Virus record (IMG/VR): IMGVR_UViG_3300030099_008323 | Span: 122,104 to 186,103 of that record | Direction: 5' to 3' (one strand) | Length of the DNA stretch: 64,000 nt | Origin: a virus | Shown: positions 48,955 through 57,859 of the stretch, piece after piece | How positions within the stretch are numbered: the first letter of the stretch is position 1 | Layout: every line of letters starts with the position of its first letter | Notes under the pieces: model-generated | Told to the model about the DNA's origin: nothing | The model's input: only the letters and a program-made list of their open reading frames with translations | The model's database searches: none | Position numbers and translations under genes: made by a program

Positions 48955-49451
48955 ATTGCTGTTCCTTAAACGTACCAATTGCTGGTTTAAGCTTGACTAT
49001 TGTAAATAGTATCGTTATAATGATTAAATCTCAAAATTAACTTGGCGGTATTTTTTTGCTTTAGACTTGGCTTTAAGTGCCTATATTGTATGTAAGTAAA
49101 TTAATGAGCTATGATATATATGCAGTTTCTATCTTGATGTTAGCTATTGGCTTAATTCCTCCCTTGGCCAATGTTTTAACTCATATGATAATAACGTGGA
49201 TTAACCGTCGCGACCCTTAGCTTCCCCTAGGACACTTATTAATTAATTACTTGAATTTATTGATCTTTTACAATTCCCAAAATCTGGAAATTTACCTGCG
49301 CATTGCAAATGTATCTAGCCCGCTTTAGACAAGCCCAATCATTCCGGTGACTTACATTCCGGGATATCCCACCGGCTCCCCCCTATGTTAGTGTATTTAT
49401 TAAGCTTATTAAATAGTTTATCATATATGTGCTAGTTTGTTAAGTGGTATT

Positions 49452-49649
49452 TTATTCAGTGATATCAGTAACGTACGGCTTGCCATCCTTAAAGGTGATG
49501 TGTATCTGTCCCATAAGGTAAGCGTCTAGCGCATCCTGCAAAGCGTTAGCTAGGTCTAAGCGACCAGCCGATGCTTGGTCAGCTACTAAGCTACGCATCT
49601 TATAGGCAGTCCAGTCCGCTATGTTGTCGATATTGTTCTCCTTTTCCAT
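49452..49649 (-). CDS. Early hypothetical protein
   Basis: Directly downstream of promoter P1. Confidence 0.55.
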   Translation of the reverse strand: MEKENNIDNIADWTAYKMRSLVADQASAGRLDLANALQDALDAYLMGQIHITFKDGKPYVTDITE

Positions 49650-49655
49650 AGTAAC

Positions 49656-49684
49656 AATATAGTTACCAGTGTTTACTAAGTAAA
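49656..49684 (-). promoter_or_regulatory. Early promoter P1
   Basis: TTTACT-N17-TATATT. Confidence 0.55.
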
Positions 49685-49831
49685 GGGCGTGGGTAGGTTA
49701 AAGTGTAGAGGCTATCCCCTTGTATTTGCTACCCTTTTATATACCCCTTATTCACTAGCATATATTTATATCCTGCTAGCGTTCCCTAACCTACTGTAAT
49801 AGCTTAGAGTTTTGAATAGTGTTACACCCAA

Positions 49832-50083
49832 CTAGTTAATGGTGTTATTCTGTTGGGCTACTGAGTGAATGAGAGCACCGCTTGTGTCCTCTATCCAAGC
49901 AGGCCATCCAGCGCCTAGCCAATCCTTGAGCATTACCTCAGCTTGAACCAGAGAGCCAGCCTCGTAGCGTTGGATATCACCCTCACAAGGAATGCATAGC
50001 GTATAAGTAGCTTTAATCTCTTGGCTTTCTGGCCCTAGGGCTTGAGAGAGTAGAGTGTTAACTAAGTTATTGATTTTATTCAT
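49832..50083 (-). CDS. Early hypothetical protein
   Basis: ATGA-coupled to the upstream ORF. Confidence 0.55.
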   Translation of the reverse strand: MNKINNLVNTLLSQALGPESQEIKATYTLCIPCEGDIQRYEAGSLVQAEVMLKDWLGAGWPAWIEDTSGALIHSVAQQNNTIN

Positions 50084-50298
50084 TTAGACCCTCGCCTTAA
50101 TAGTGTTCTAATGAGAAGGTGCGCAGCCTCTAGCTTATCGCCTTCGTTATTAGCGTTAAGGTTACGCTGTAACCATCGGAGATTGCTGACTTTATTTAAG
50201 TCTCTCCGCATTTCTGGAATGTTCATGCCCTCAAGAAGCTCTGAAAGCCTAACGATTACAGGGTCTTGAACCGATTTAAAGTTATTGTTTTCATTCAT
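50080..50298 (-). CDS. Early hypothetical protein
   Basis: 72 aa, GGAGG RBS. Confidence 0.55.
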   Translation of the reverse strand: MNENNNFKSVQDPVIVRLSELLEGMNIPEMRRDLNKVSNLRWLQRNLNANNEGDKLEAAHLLIRTLLRRGSK

Positions 50299-50411
50299 CT
50301 TTTGAACCCTCCGAGTGATTCAGGGTAGAGCATGGCCAATCCGGCCATGGTAATAAATAAAGCAATCACTAGAATAACCAGCAAGGTTATCAGTCTTAGC
50401 CTCACACACAT
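50295..50411 (-). CDS. 38-aa single-pass membrane microprotein (not in ORF track)
   Basis: MCVRLRLITLLVILVIALFITMAGLAMLYPESLGGFKR; TAATG-coupled to the sigma stop and ATGA-coupled to the next gene. Confidence 0.55.
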   Translation of the reverse strand: MCVRLRLITLLVILVIALFITMAGLAMLYPESLGGFKR

Positions 50412-51259
50412 TAGAATGAAGCGCTGACCATATCGGCAACGGTCTCAGCGCCGAAGCGGCTAGTGAGGTAGGAGGCCATGCGACCACGTAGGGTCTTTTC
50501 AATCTGGCCCACACGCTGCTTTGTGCAGCCGAAGGTGGTAGCACAACGCTTGTCATTGCCCTGAAGCTCGTGAGCAATGCGACCCACGAAGATAGCGCGC
50601 TGGCGGTCGTTGAGGGTCTTAGCAAAGTCCTCAAAGGCTGAGGCGAGCATGGCGCTGTTTTGCGTGCGCTCGTGTGCAATGTCCTGAGTCATAGCCTCAG
50701 AAGGCACAACGGTTGCAACGGTGGCGCCGTCGTCAGATAGAGGAGCGTCAAGGCTTGTGCCACGTGCCTGCATGTACTGGAGACAAGCGGTTACATCCTT
50801 CTCATCAAGGCCCATGTGAGCAGCAATCTCAGCGGGTGAAGCGTCTTGACCGATAGCCTTGCGAGCCTTCTGAAGACCCGACCACAACTTTTTAGAAGTG
50901 CGTGAGCCACAGTGCACAAGGCCAGCGTTAGCTTGCACGTGCTCTTGACACTTGGCGACCATCCACATGCGGGCATAGGTCGTAAAGCTTGCGCCCTGAG
51001 TGGCGTCGTATTTGTCAATAGCAATAAGGATGCCCTCGGCAGCGGCGGCGAGCAAGTCATTGAAATCAATGCCCCTACGAACATTTTTCTTGGCCACCTT
51101 GTGAGCAAGGCGAATATTGGCTTGCACTAGGCGGCGGCGCGCCTCTGAGCGGATGGCATCATCACATTGGTCTGACTGAGCAAAGGCAACAAGCTCAGCT
51201 TGCTCGGTCTTGGAAAGGATAAGGGCGGTAGTGGCGAGTGCGGTGAGAGCGTTCAGCAT
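50411..51259 (-). CDS. Phage-encoded sigma-70-family (RpoD/RpoH-like) sigma factor
   Basis: Region 2 LVQANIRLAHKVAKK...DLL...EGIL.AIDKYD..G.SFTTYARMW; region 3 EIAAHMGL, SLDAP; region 4 LNDRQR...TKQRVGQIE; start at ATG 51259 after GGAG. Confidence 0.9.
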   Translation of the reverse strand: MLNALTALATTALILSKTEQAELVAFAQSDQCDDAIRSEARRRLVQANIRLAHKVAKKNVRRGIDFNDLLAAAAEGILIAIDKYDATQGASFTTYARMWMVAKCQEHVQANAGLVHCGSRTSKKLWSGLQKARKAIGQDASPAEIAAHMGLDEKDVTACLQYMQARGTSLDAPLSDDGATVATVVPSEAMTQDIAHERTQNSAMLASAFEDFAKTLNDRQRAIFVGRIAHELQGNDKRCATTFGCTKQRVGQIEKTLRGRMASYLTSRFGAETVADMVSASF

Positions 51260-51290
51260 GTGGGTTTCTCCGGGTGTGCTGTTCTTGGCT

Positions 51291-51326
51291 ACATCTAAAT
51301 AATAAGAACGGTTTGAGGCCAGACAA
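51291..51326 (-). promoter_or_regulatory. Early promoter P2 (drives the sigma gene)
   Basis: A-tract UP element, TTGTCT-N16(...GTTCT)-TATTAT-TTAGATGT. Confidence 0.75.
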
Positions 51327-51694
51327 GGGGCAAAGCGCTTTTTTTTCACTTTTTTTTGTCTGCTCTCGAAACTGTTTTTCATACCCCTATATATATGCAA
51401 TGTGCGTGCCAAATTTGCACCTTCAATAATATCAATAAGTTAGGGTGTGAAGTGCGTTACCTAGTTCCCACTTAAGTGCGCAAGCTGTTTCGCACCTAGC
51501 GTAAGTCGTTGTCTTTATTGATATCCGGTGCGCAATCTAGTTCGCGGTCGTATTTAAATGTGCCCCATACTAGACCGATGCAGAAGCCTAAGGCAAGGAC
51601 TGCTAGGCACATCAAAGTACTTGATATCATCAAGGATTCTCCGTTAGTTCTGCCAGTACAAACCAGCATAAAGCAGCGAGGCAAAGCATTCCCA

Positions 51695-52063
51695 TTAGAA
51701 GTGCCTCGCTTTCTTAGTCCAATCGCGACACCATGCCATGGCGTTTTTCCGCGCGTTGACTGTCTTGAACTCGACCGGCTTGCCTATCACCTGCTCGTAA
51801 GCGTCGAAGCGAGCAGCGACAAAGAGGTCATTGACCTGACAGACCGCGACTTGAGTGCCATCGGCTAGCCATGCTTTGTGGATGATGGTCGCGGGCATGT
51901 TGCGCGGGTTGATGCGAGTTTGACCAACGCGAGGGCGCCCCTCATTGCGAGCGGCGCGCTTGTGCTCGCCTCTAACTCTAAGCTTGCCTGAGAAAGTGCG
52001 GCGTGATGTACGGTAGTTGTGGCTATCGCTCTTGCTCATTGTCCTATCCTTTTCTTGAGACAC
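51695..52063 (-). CDS. Early basic hypothetical protein (start probably ATG near 52040)
   Basis: Arg-rich N-half; downstream of P3 with AGGA RBS. Confidence 0.55.
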   Translation of the reverse strand: MSQEKDRTMSKSDSHNYRTSRRTFSGKLRVRGEHKRAARNEGRPRVGQTRINPRNMPATIIHKAWLADGTQVAVCQVNDLFVAARFDAYEQVIGKPVEFKTVNARKNAMAWCRDWTKKARHF

Positions 52064-52095
52064 TTATAACATAGGCACGGGTAAACGCGAGTAAA
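52060..52095 (-). promoter_or_regulatory. Early promoter P3
   Basis: TTTACT-N16(...GTGCC)-TATGTT-ATAAGTGT. Confidence 0.65.
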
Positions 52096-52434
52096 AAACT
52101 TTTTAGTCTTTTTTCTTTCTAAGCCATTCCCAAATATAAATGACACAAACCGAACCAATCAAAAACTCAATCATTTCACACTCCTACGTGTGCGAGCAAA
52201 AAACTATTTACCTGCAATGTATTGCAAGGCACCTGAGAACATTAGAAAAAATATAAAGATTTCCATAACTCAACAACCTACTACTGGGGCTAGGATTGAA
52301 GGGTCTTGAATGATATCCAAGATATGCATGACTTCCTGTTGAATCTCATACCAAAACAGGGACCATGAACGATATTGGTAGAGCATTGGCTCAACTAATG
52401 GTGTGATGATTATATTGTAGTCCATGATTATCTC

Positions 52435-52650
52435 CTAATCGTTGCAGGGAGGATGTGACCAGTTCTCATATTGCCAGTCGGAAATAATGCCGCTCTTGCA
52501 TAGAGAATCGGTCCAGTTGTTCCAAGCCTCGGAGGAGGCGATGGTGTCAATCGTGCCATCGCTATGCGTTGAAATCGTGGGGAGGATGTAGTTAGTGAAC
52601 TCGTCAACGGCGTCTTGCCAGAGCATTGGGTTGTCAATATCGCGTGCCAT
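52435..52650 (-). CDS. Conserved small phage protein (EAWNNWTDSLCK motif)
   Basis: MARDIDNPMLWQDAV...EAWNNWTDSLCKSG.I..WQY.NW; GGAG RBS. Confidence 0.65.
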   Translation of the reverse strand: MARDIDNPMLWQDAVDEFTNYILPTISTHSDGTIDTIASSEAWNNWTDSLCKSGIISDWQYENWSHPPCND

Positions 52651-52660
52651 GTGGACTCTC

Positions 52661-52840
52661 CTAGAGGCGTTGTAGTCTGATTGAAGTGATAGTGAGCGGC
52701 GTAAGCGGGTCATTGCCATAACGCTCTTCAACAATGCGCTCGGCTTCCGCGAAAGACTTGGCTTGAAACTCGTCCGCGTAGCAGTAAGTTTCCCCACTGT
52801 AGAGCTGCTCATAGTGTACATAGAAGGTTTTGTCTTGCAT
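52661..52840 (-). CDS. Early hypothetical protein
   Basis: MQDKTFYVHY; AAGGAG RBS after P4. Confidence 0.6.
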   Translation of the reverse strand: MQDKTFYVHYEQLYSGETYCYADEFQAKSFAEAERIVEERYGNDPLTPLTITSIRLQRL

Positions 52841-52860
52841 TGTGGCTCTCCTTGCCGGGT

Positions 52861-52896
52861 ACATCTAAATAATAAGCACCAATAAAGCAGGGTAAA
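52861..52896 (-). promoter_or_regulatory. Early promoter P4
   Basis: TTTACC-N16(...GTGCT)-TATTAT-TTAGATGT. Confidence 0.75.
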
Positions 52897-52932
52897 GGGT
52901 TTATTTTATTATTTTATAAACCCTCGGAATGA

Positions 52933-53127
52933 TTAAGTTAACTCAATATTGAGTGTGGAGACTGCCGTCGTCTTGCTTGGGAAAGCAACAACGCAGCCCT
53001 TAACGATATCATTCTCAATGACAACGCCTAGTTCGCGCAACCACGGCATTTCAACAGCTAGCGCATCAAGCTGTCGACCACGTTGTTTGAAGCGTACTAA
53101 GTCACCGATATTAAACTGCTTTTTCAT
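52933..53127 (-). CDS. KOW/SH3-like microprotein
   Basis: FNIGDLVRF...LGVV...VAF. Confidence 0.6.
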   Translation of the reverse strand: MKKQFNIGDLVRFKQRGRQLDALAVEMPWLRELGVVIENDIVKGCVVAFPSKTTAVSTLNIELT

Positions 53128-53136
53128 TGTTTACCT

Positions 53137-53301
53137 CTAGCTGCTAGCAGGGCGGCATGCCTCAACAAAGCGAGACACGTCAAAGCGTGGGTTCTCATCG
53201 CGTAGAGCGTAAGCGAAGTCCATAGCAACCGACTCGCGAGTGCGGCGGTCTTCAATGTTTTTGACGATATTGGCAATCATTTTAAAGTGCTTGCGGGTCA
53301 T
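53137..53301 (-). CDS. 54-aa conserved small phage protein (not in ORF track)
   Basis: MTRKHFKMIA...NPRFDVSRFVEAC; AAGGAG RBS after P5. Confidence 0.7.
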   Translation of the reverse strand: MTRKHFKMIANIVKNIEDRRTRESVAMDFAYALRDENPRFDVSRFVEACRPASS

Positions 53302-53322
53302 GTCCTTTCTCCTTTGTTGGGG

Positions 53323-53358
53323 ACATTTAAATAATAAGAACGGTTTGAGAGGGGTAAA
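53323..53358 (-). promoter_or_regulatory. Early promoter P5
   Basis: TTTACC-N16(...GTTCT)-TATTAT-TTAAATGT. Confidence 0.75.
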
Positions 53359-53571
53359 CTAAAAAGTTACCTTTTCCCATCCAGGCAAGAGGCTAGCACG
53401 TTCAACCGTGACCAACTGACCATAGCGTAGCTTACACTTGCCCTCGGCGTCAGCAGCGCTAAGTCCCCAGAATGTCTCATCTTTTGACTGCTCCTCGTAA
53501 ACAGGAGGACGGTGGCGCTTTGCGACATTCTTGAGGTAGGTCATTGTGACGCGGTAAGGTTTCTCTTTCAT
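53359..53571 (-). CDS. Early hypothetical protein
   Basis: MKEKPYRVT; AAGGAG RBS after P6. Confidence 0.6.
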   Translation of the reverse strand: MKEKPYRVTMTYLKNVAKRHRPPVYEEQSKDETFWGLSAADAEGKCKLRYGQLVTVERASLLPGWEKVTF

Positions 53572-53592
53572 TGGTGGCTCCTTCTGCCGGGT

Positions 53593-53628
53593 ACACATAA
53601 ATAATAAGCACCGTTTAGGTGGAGTAAA
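53593..53628 (-). promoter_or_regulatory. Early promoter P6
   Basis: TTTACT-N16(...GTGCT)-TATTAT-TTATGTGT. Confidence 0.75.
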
Positions 53629-53827
53629 GGCCTGGAGTAACTTTTTTCAAATAACTCTTTGTAAATCTTCGTACCTTGCCATCGAAGGTCTTGATATCAT
53701 AAAGAAAATAGTTATCCCGTCCAGGCTCCGCTGTTATTTGTAGGCGCTGCTCGACAATCAAACCAAGAGAGCCTTTTGGCACTCCGATAGAACCATGCTT
53801 AAACTCAACTAAATCACCGATATTCAC
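53615..53827 (-). CDS. KOW/SH3-like microprotein (junction array A)
   Basis: GTG start inside the junction repeat; NIGDLVEF. Confidence 0.7.
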   Translation of the reverse strand: MNIGDLVEFKHGSIGVPKGSLGLIVEQRLQITAEPGRDNYFLYDIKTFDGKVRRFTKSYLKKVTPGLYST

Positions 53828-53996
53828 TGATAACCTCTATGTCACATCCAGCAGCATGCACGTCACGTGCATGGTCCAGCATTTTCACACGCCACTCGTC
53901 ACCTTTCCAATCGGGACGGTGGTAACTCTTAACTAGCACGCCTAGTTTTGTGCCATAGTGTCTTGTTTTTACCTTAACTAAATCACCGACTTTCAC
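53814..53996 (-). CDS. KOW/SH3-like microprotein (junction array A)
   Basis: VKVGDLVKV...IEVISEYR. Confidence 0.7.
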   Translation of the reverse strand: MKVGDLVKVKTRHYGTKLGVLVKSYHRPDWKGDEWRVKMLDHARDVHAAGCDIEVISEYR

Positions 53997-54156
53997 TGAT
54001 AATCTCCAAGTTACTTTTGGGCAAGTCATAGCTGCCGTAGTGAAACATTACCCGTATTCGATTGGCGAGAGGCGCGGGAGCGAAGGGCGCTTCGTCGGCA
54101 CGGGTCACAACCCCAATATCACCTGAAAGTGAGCGAACTAAATCACCGACTTGCAT
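53983..54156 (-). CDS. KOW/SH3-like microprotein (junction array A)
   Basis: MQVGDLVRS...LEIISESR. Confidence 0.7.
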   Translation of the reverse strand: MQVGDLVRSLSGDIGVVTRADEAPFAPAPLANRIRVMFHYGSYDLPKSNLEIISESR

Positions 54157-54302
54157 TAATCTCTCCATTGAAGATGCTTAGCAATTTGACGTTTAGGCTT
54201 ACGACGACGACCAGTGCGCTCATCACGTACACGAGTGTGATGCTTGCCTGCCTTGCCCGAGTGTAAAACTCTTGGGTCTATCGTTGTTCGTTTAGCCTTC
54301 AT
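54156..54302 (-). CDS. 48-aa Arg/Lys-rich microprotein (not in ORF track)
   Basis: MKAKRTTIDPRVLHSGKAGKHHTRVRDERTGRRRKPKRQIAKHLQWRD; ATG immediately after P7. Confidence 0.55.
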   Translation of the reverse strand: MKAKRTTIDPRVLHSGKAGKHHTRVRDERTGRRRKPKRQIAKHLQWRD

Positions 54303-54338
54303 ACACATATATAGTAGGAACAGGAGCGCACGAGTAAA
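54303..54338 (-). promoter_or_regulatory. Early promoter P7
   Basis: TTTACT-N16(...GTTCC)-TACTAT-ATATGTGT. Confidence 0.7.
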
Positions 54339-54346
54339 AAACTATC

Positions 54347-55621
54347 TTATCTTTTTTCATCGATGGCGATGATGCGCTCATTTGTTTTAAAGTAAGGGCG
54401 CTCAGCATGCTCTTTAGTAGTCATCCACATGCGCTGACACTTGCTAGGCTTAGGCTTGGGCGCGCACAAGTCAGTGAGCACAATGTGACCGTCAAACTCG
54501 CGAGTGTTAACATACTCAGTAGGAGCGTTAAAGCACGTGCCGCCATACATGACACGCTCGCGCTTGCGTTGCTCGCCCTTGCGCCACACGTAAACTTTAT
54601 CCTCAGCAACACGAGTATCAAAAGGGATAACCGTAAACGTGGCAAGGCTAGCCAGTTTATTAAGCTCACCGTAAAAAGCTGCCAACATACTGTCAGAAAC
54701 TGAGCCAGATTGGTCAATGCTAATAGCAATGTTGGCAGTTCTGTTGACCTTGCGGCCTGGATGCACGTAGGCATAGCGACGATTCAAACGCTTTGGAGTG
54801 CTACGCTTGTTAGAGCGCTGTGACGTCTTGATGAAGTAACGCAACATTTTACGCCAATCAACTTTGGATTGGATACGCTCCATGATTTCCCTGCGACAAG
54901 ACGAAGAAACAGTGCCCCAGTTGCGCGTTGAAGCCTCTTGCGCTGCATCCTTCACAGCCTCTTTCAATCGCTCTTTGGCAATGTCCATGGCTGCTTGCTC
55001 TTCTGGTCCTGCTTGGCCTTGTCCCCAGTCTTCATGCGAATCAAACTGACCAGCATTGTCAGGGTCAAACGGCTGGCTAGAAGATTCACCGCCAGACCCG
55101 TCATTAGAGCCGCCGCTAGTGCCATCATTGGAATCATTTTCTTGTTCCTCCATTTTCTCAAGTAGCCGAGTGTAGTACCATTCAGCGGTCATATTGCCAG
55201 GCATATCTTCAAACATTTTGCCGCCTGGAATACAGCAGTTTTCAGGCAGATTGTCAGCGCCGATGTGGTAGTTGATTGCCAAGTCAGCAGCAATATTCCA
55301 GATTTTGAACTTTTGCGCTTGCTCGGGTGTAGGCTTCTGAGTCTGCATAACACCGGCCAGCTCGTCAGGTAGACGACCAGTGACGTGCTCAAATACAAGG
55401 TGATAAAACTCATGTATCAGCACGCCAGAGCGCTGAGAGTCAGTTAGACCCTCGAAAAACTCAGGGCTGTAGACCATTTCAAAATGGCCGTCAGGGGTCA
55501 CACGTACGCCAGCAGTCGGGATATTGCCAGGCTTTTTGTCAATACGACGTGAGAGCGCAGCAAAGAAAGGCTCGCTTTGAAGCAGCCGGTAAACGTGGTC
55601 ATTTAGATTGAAGTCAGACAT
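54347..55621 (-). CDS. DUF2201-type metallopeptidase-like + vWA-like protein
   Basis: TAGV, HEFYH, NIAADLAIN; acidic linker; IDQSGS MIDAS, GGT.F, TD. Confidence 0.85.
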   Translation of the reverse strand: MSDFNLNDHVYRLLQSEPFFAALSRRIDKKPGNIPTAGVRVTPDGHFEMVYSPEFFEGLTDSQRSGVLIHEFYHLVFEHVTGRLPDELAGVMQTQKPTPEQAQKFKIWNIAADLAINYHIGADNLPENCCIPGGKMFEDMPGNMTAEWYYTRLLEKMEEQENDSNDGTSGGSNDGSGGESSSQPFDPDNAGQFDSHEDWGQGQAGPEEQAAMDIAKERLKEAVKDAAQEASTRNWGTVSSSCRREIMERIQSKVDWRKMLRYFIKTSQRSNKRSTPKRLNRRYAYVHPGRKVNRTANIAISIDQSGSVSDSMLAAFYGELNKLASLATFTVIPFDTRVAEDKVYVWRKGEQRKRERVMYGGTCFNAPTEYVNTREFDGHIVLTDLCAPKPKPSKCQRMWMTTKEHAERPYFKTNERIIAIDEKR

Positions 55622-55639
55622 TGCGTCCTCCATCGTGGT

Positions 55640-55675
55640 ACACAATAACTATAAGAACGATAAACCTTGGGTAAA
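55640..55675 (-). promoter_or_regulatory. Early promoter P8
   Basis: TTTACC-N16(...GTTCT)-TATAGT-TATTGTGT. Confidence 0.7.
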
Positions 55676-55829
55676 GAAAAAAAGCTAGGAGGGTTGTTTT
55701 CTCGCAGAGCAACCTTGCTATCCTGTTAGATTTATTCAACTTCTGAGTTAGGCGTCGAACAGGCAAACACGCATGTAATACATAATGTGTGGGGTACACA
55801 ACTCCTAGCCGCCCCATAACCTCATAATA

Positions 55830-56891
55830 TTATTTATTTTTATCACCAGTGAGAATCTTGACAAGCTTGCCCGATACGGTCTCGCCGTTGTCTGCTTTTG
55901 TTTTGTGGAAGGCTGTGACGTTAGCAGTCTCACCCTTGCCGAGTGCCTGCCATAGCTTCATGACAGCCTCAGAAGGCAACGCAACAAAGTAGTTAGCAAG
56001 GTTAACACACTGTTGCTCTGTCAACTCAGCTTTAAAAGCTTCGCTGCTATCCATCTTTTCAATGAGAGCACAGTGGTCATTGATATTGAAATCATTAGTC
56101 TTTTCGACCTTACCCTCATCAAGAATCATTTCAACAGTAACTTGGCGCTCATAGTTTTTGACAAAATCGTTGAATGCAACGCCAGCCTCAAAGCCAACAA
56201 AGCCACAAGCAAGGTGAAACATGGCAGGCTTGTGAGCCTGGACCATATCAGCGGTCACTAGGCAATCGTTCAAGCGCTTCCACGAGCGACGTGAGGGATA
56301 TACTTTATTGGGCTCGAAGTCATCGCTATGCTCCAAGTGAGAGCGATTCTGGTTGATGAAATCCCAAACAATATCAACCGTGTTGGTCTTAGCCCAAGCT
56401 AGCCAATCCTCAACAGAGGGCTCGACGTCAAAGACGGTCCAGCGGTCAAGCTCAGCCGGGTCCATTTCACCGACCTGATACTGAGAGCCATGCTCGCCAC
56501 CGTTGACAGCAGCGACCACAACGGTATCCTCGTGCAAGTAGTTGCCAAAAATCTTGCGAGAGTCGGTCAACTCGAAAATACCTTGACGCACTTCGGGGAT
56601 AGCACGGTCGACCTCATCGAGAAAGAGCAGCACCGCACGTGAGCAGGCATCTGCTAGCCAGTCAGGCGCACAGAAAGAAGTGATATCACCGTCTGTCTTA
56701 GGAAGACCCACGAGGTCACCCTCGGTCATCTGAGACGCACGACGTTCTACAACGGGCAAGCCCATATCACGGCCAATCTGATAGACAAGCTCCGACTTGC
56801 CAATGCCATGGCGACCACGAAGCATAAGAGGCTTCTTGACTGCAAGGACGTGGGGTGCGACTGAGACGAAAGTTTGAAAATCTAGAGCCAT
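55830..56891 (-). CDS. MoxR/dynein-related AAA+ ATPase
   Basis: Walker A GRHGIGKS, Walker B LFLDEVDR, AAVN, MDPAELDRW, PSRRSW. Confidence 0.88.
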   Translation of the reverse strand: MALDFQTFVSVAPHVLAVKKPLMLRGRHGIGKSELVYQIGRDMGLPVVERRASQMTEGDLVGLPKTDGDITSFCAPDWLADACSRAVLLFLDEVDRAIPEVRQGIFELTDSRKIFGNYLHEDTVVVAAVNGGEHGSQYQVGEMDPAELDRWTVFDVEPSVEDWLAWAKTNTVDIVWDFINQNRSHLEHSDDFEPNKVYPSRRSWKRLNDCLVTADMVQAHKPAMFHLACGFVGFEAGVAFNDFVKNYERQVTVEMILDEGKVEKTNDFNINDHCALIEKMDSSEAFKAELTEQQCVNLANYFVALPSEAVMKLWQALGKGETANVTAFHKTKADNGETVSGKLVKILTGDKNK

Positions 56892-56924
56892 TGTTATCTC
56901 CTACTTGTAACTAGGTGGCTGTTG

Positions 56925-56960
56925 ATACTTAAATAATAGGAACGGTAAACTATCAGTAAA
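56925..56960 (-). promoter_or_regulatory. Early promoter P9
   Basis: A-tract, TTTACT-N16(...GTTCC)-TATTAT. Confidence 0.75.
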
Positions 56961-57117
56961 GTTTTTTTTAATCTGTCGCCCATTCATAGCGAAGAATACG
57001 ACCAGAGCCACAGGCACAACGACCAGACTCAGGTCTTTTCAAATACTTACAGCCGCATGAGCCGCAGTAGTAGTTATAGGTAACTTTAGGTGGTTTTATT
57101 TTCCAGTCAAACATTCT

Positions 57118-57798
57118 TTAAGCCTTCGCTTTCTTGAGATATCTTTCTTCAGTTTCAATAGTTTCAATACCGCCGACTGGCAGCACTTTAATCTTGCGGG
57201 AGCCTTTTGTAGCAGAGCGCACGTCTTCCTCACACTCTACAATCATAACTAGCTTTCCTCGCAGTTTACTAGATGGGAAAGGCACATTTTGTGAGTTGCG
57301 AACCATCGCCATGGTGCCTACAGTAAACTTAGGAACCTGAGACGCATTGTCAAGTGCGCGCTGCACATATTTGTTAAGAACCATCTTCCGGTACAGCTTT
57401 TCTGTTGGTACATAATCATCCTCAGCTAGGATGCGGCGAGCGGCATCACCAAAATAAGGAGGATTAGCCAAGTAATACTCAGCCGCAAACTTCAAGTCTT
57501 CACGCATAGCGGGCGTAAAACTTTCAATCCAGTTCTTTCGGGCTGCAATGTTTTTGGGGTCAGTCTTTTTTTCGATGCGCTGAAGTGTGTCATGCTGCTT
57601 GACAGTTAGGCGACCCCACTTGTTCGCGCTCTCACGCAGAGAGCCAAGAAAGCTACGCTCCCAGTCAGTCATTACCGTAACGCCGCGTGCTGCTACTTTT
57701 TCAATGCGCTCAAGTAGTTCTTTTTTAGACATGCTTGAAGACTCGTGTTTGCTTTGCTGATATCGCTGACGTGCCCAGTAACCCATGTTACTCTCCAT
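57118..57798 (-). CDS. Early hypothetical protein (possible C-terminal SH3-like domain)
   Basis: WERSFLGSL...LT.KQ; KFTVGTMAMV...ETEERYLK. Confidence 0.65.
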   Translation of the reverse strand: MESNMGYWARQRYQQSKHESSSMSKKELLERIEKVAARGVTVMTDWERSFLGSLRESANKWGRLTVKQHDTLQRIEKKTDPKNIAARKNWIESFTPAMREDLKFAAEYYLANPPYFGDAARRILAEDDYVPTEKLYRKMVLNKYVQRALDNASQVPKFTVGTMAMVRNSQNVPFPSSKLRGKLVMIVECEEDVRSATKGSRKIKVLPVGGIETIETEERYLKKAKA

Positions 57799-57822
57799 TG
57801 TGAGGGTTGTCGTCTAGTTCGT

Positions 57823-57859
57823 ATACATTAATTGTAGGAACCCCATCGCAAAGAGTAAA
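57823..57859 (-). promoter_or_regulatory. Early promoter P10
   Basis: TTTACT-N17(...GTTCC)-TACAAT. Confidence 0.65.

Larger units (their letters stand above)
53807..54166 (-). repeat. Junction-repeat array A (copies at 53807-53837, 53976-54006, partial 54136-54166)
   Basis: Consensus GAGGTTATCAGTGAAAGTCGGTGATTTAGTT with 1-2 mismatches in the full copies. Confidence 0.85.

Noticed and set aside
50411-51412. 333-aa version of the sigma factor as in the ORF track
   Set aside because: The extra N-terminus runs through promoter P2 and its A-tract; ATG 51259 has the RBS
56965-57115. Possible small RNA between the AAA ATPase and the upstream gene (GACCAGA twice, TTGACT-N16-TAAAGT)
   Set aside because: Too short and weak; no convincing fold or terminator could be supported by eye
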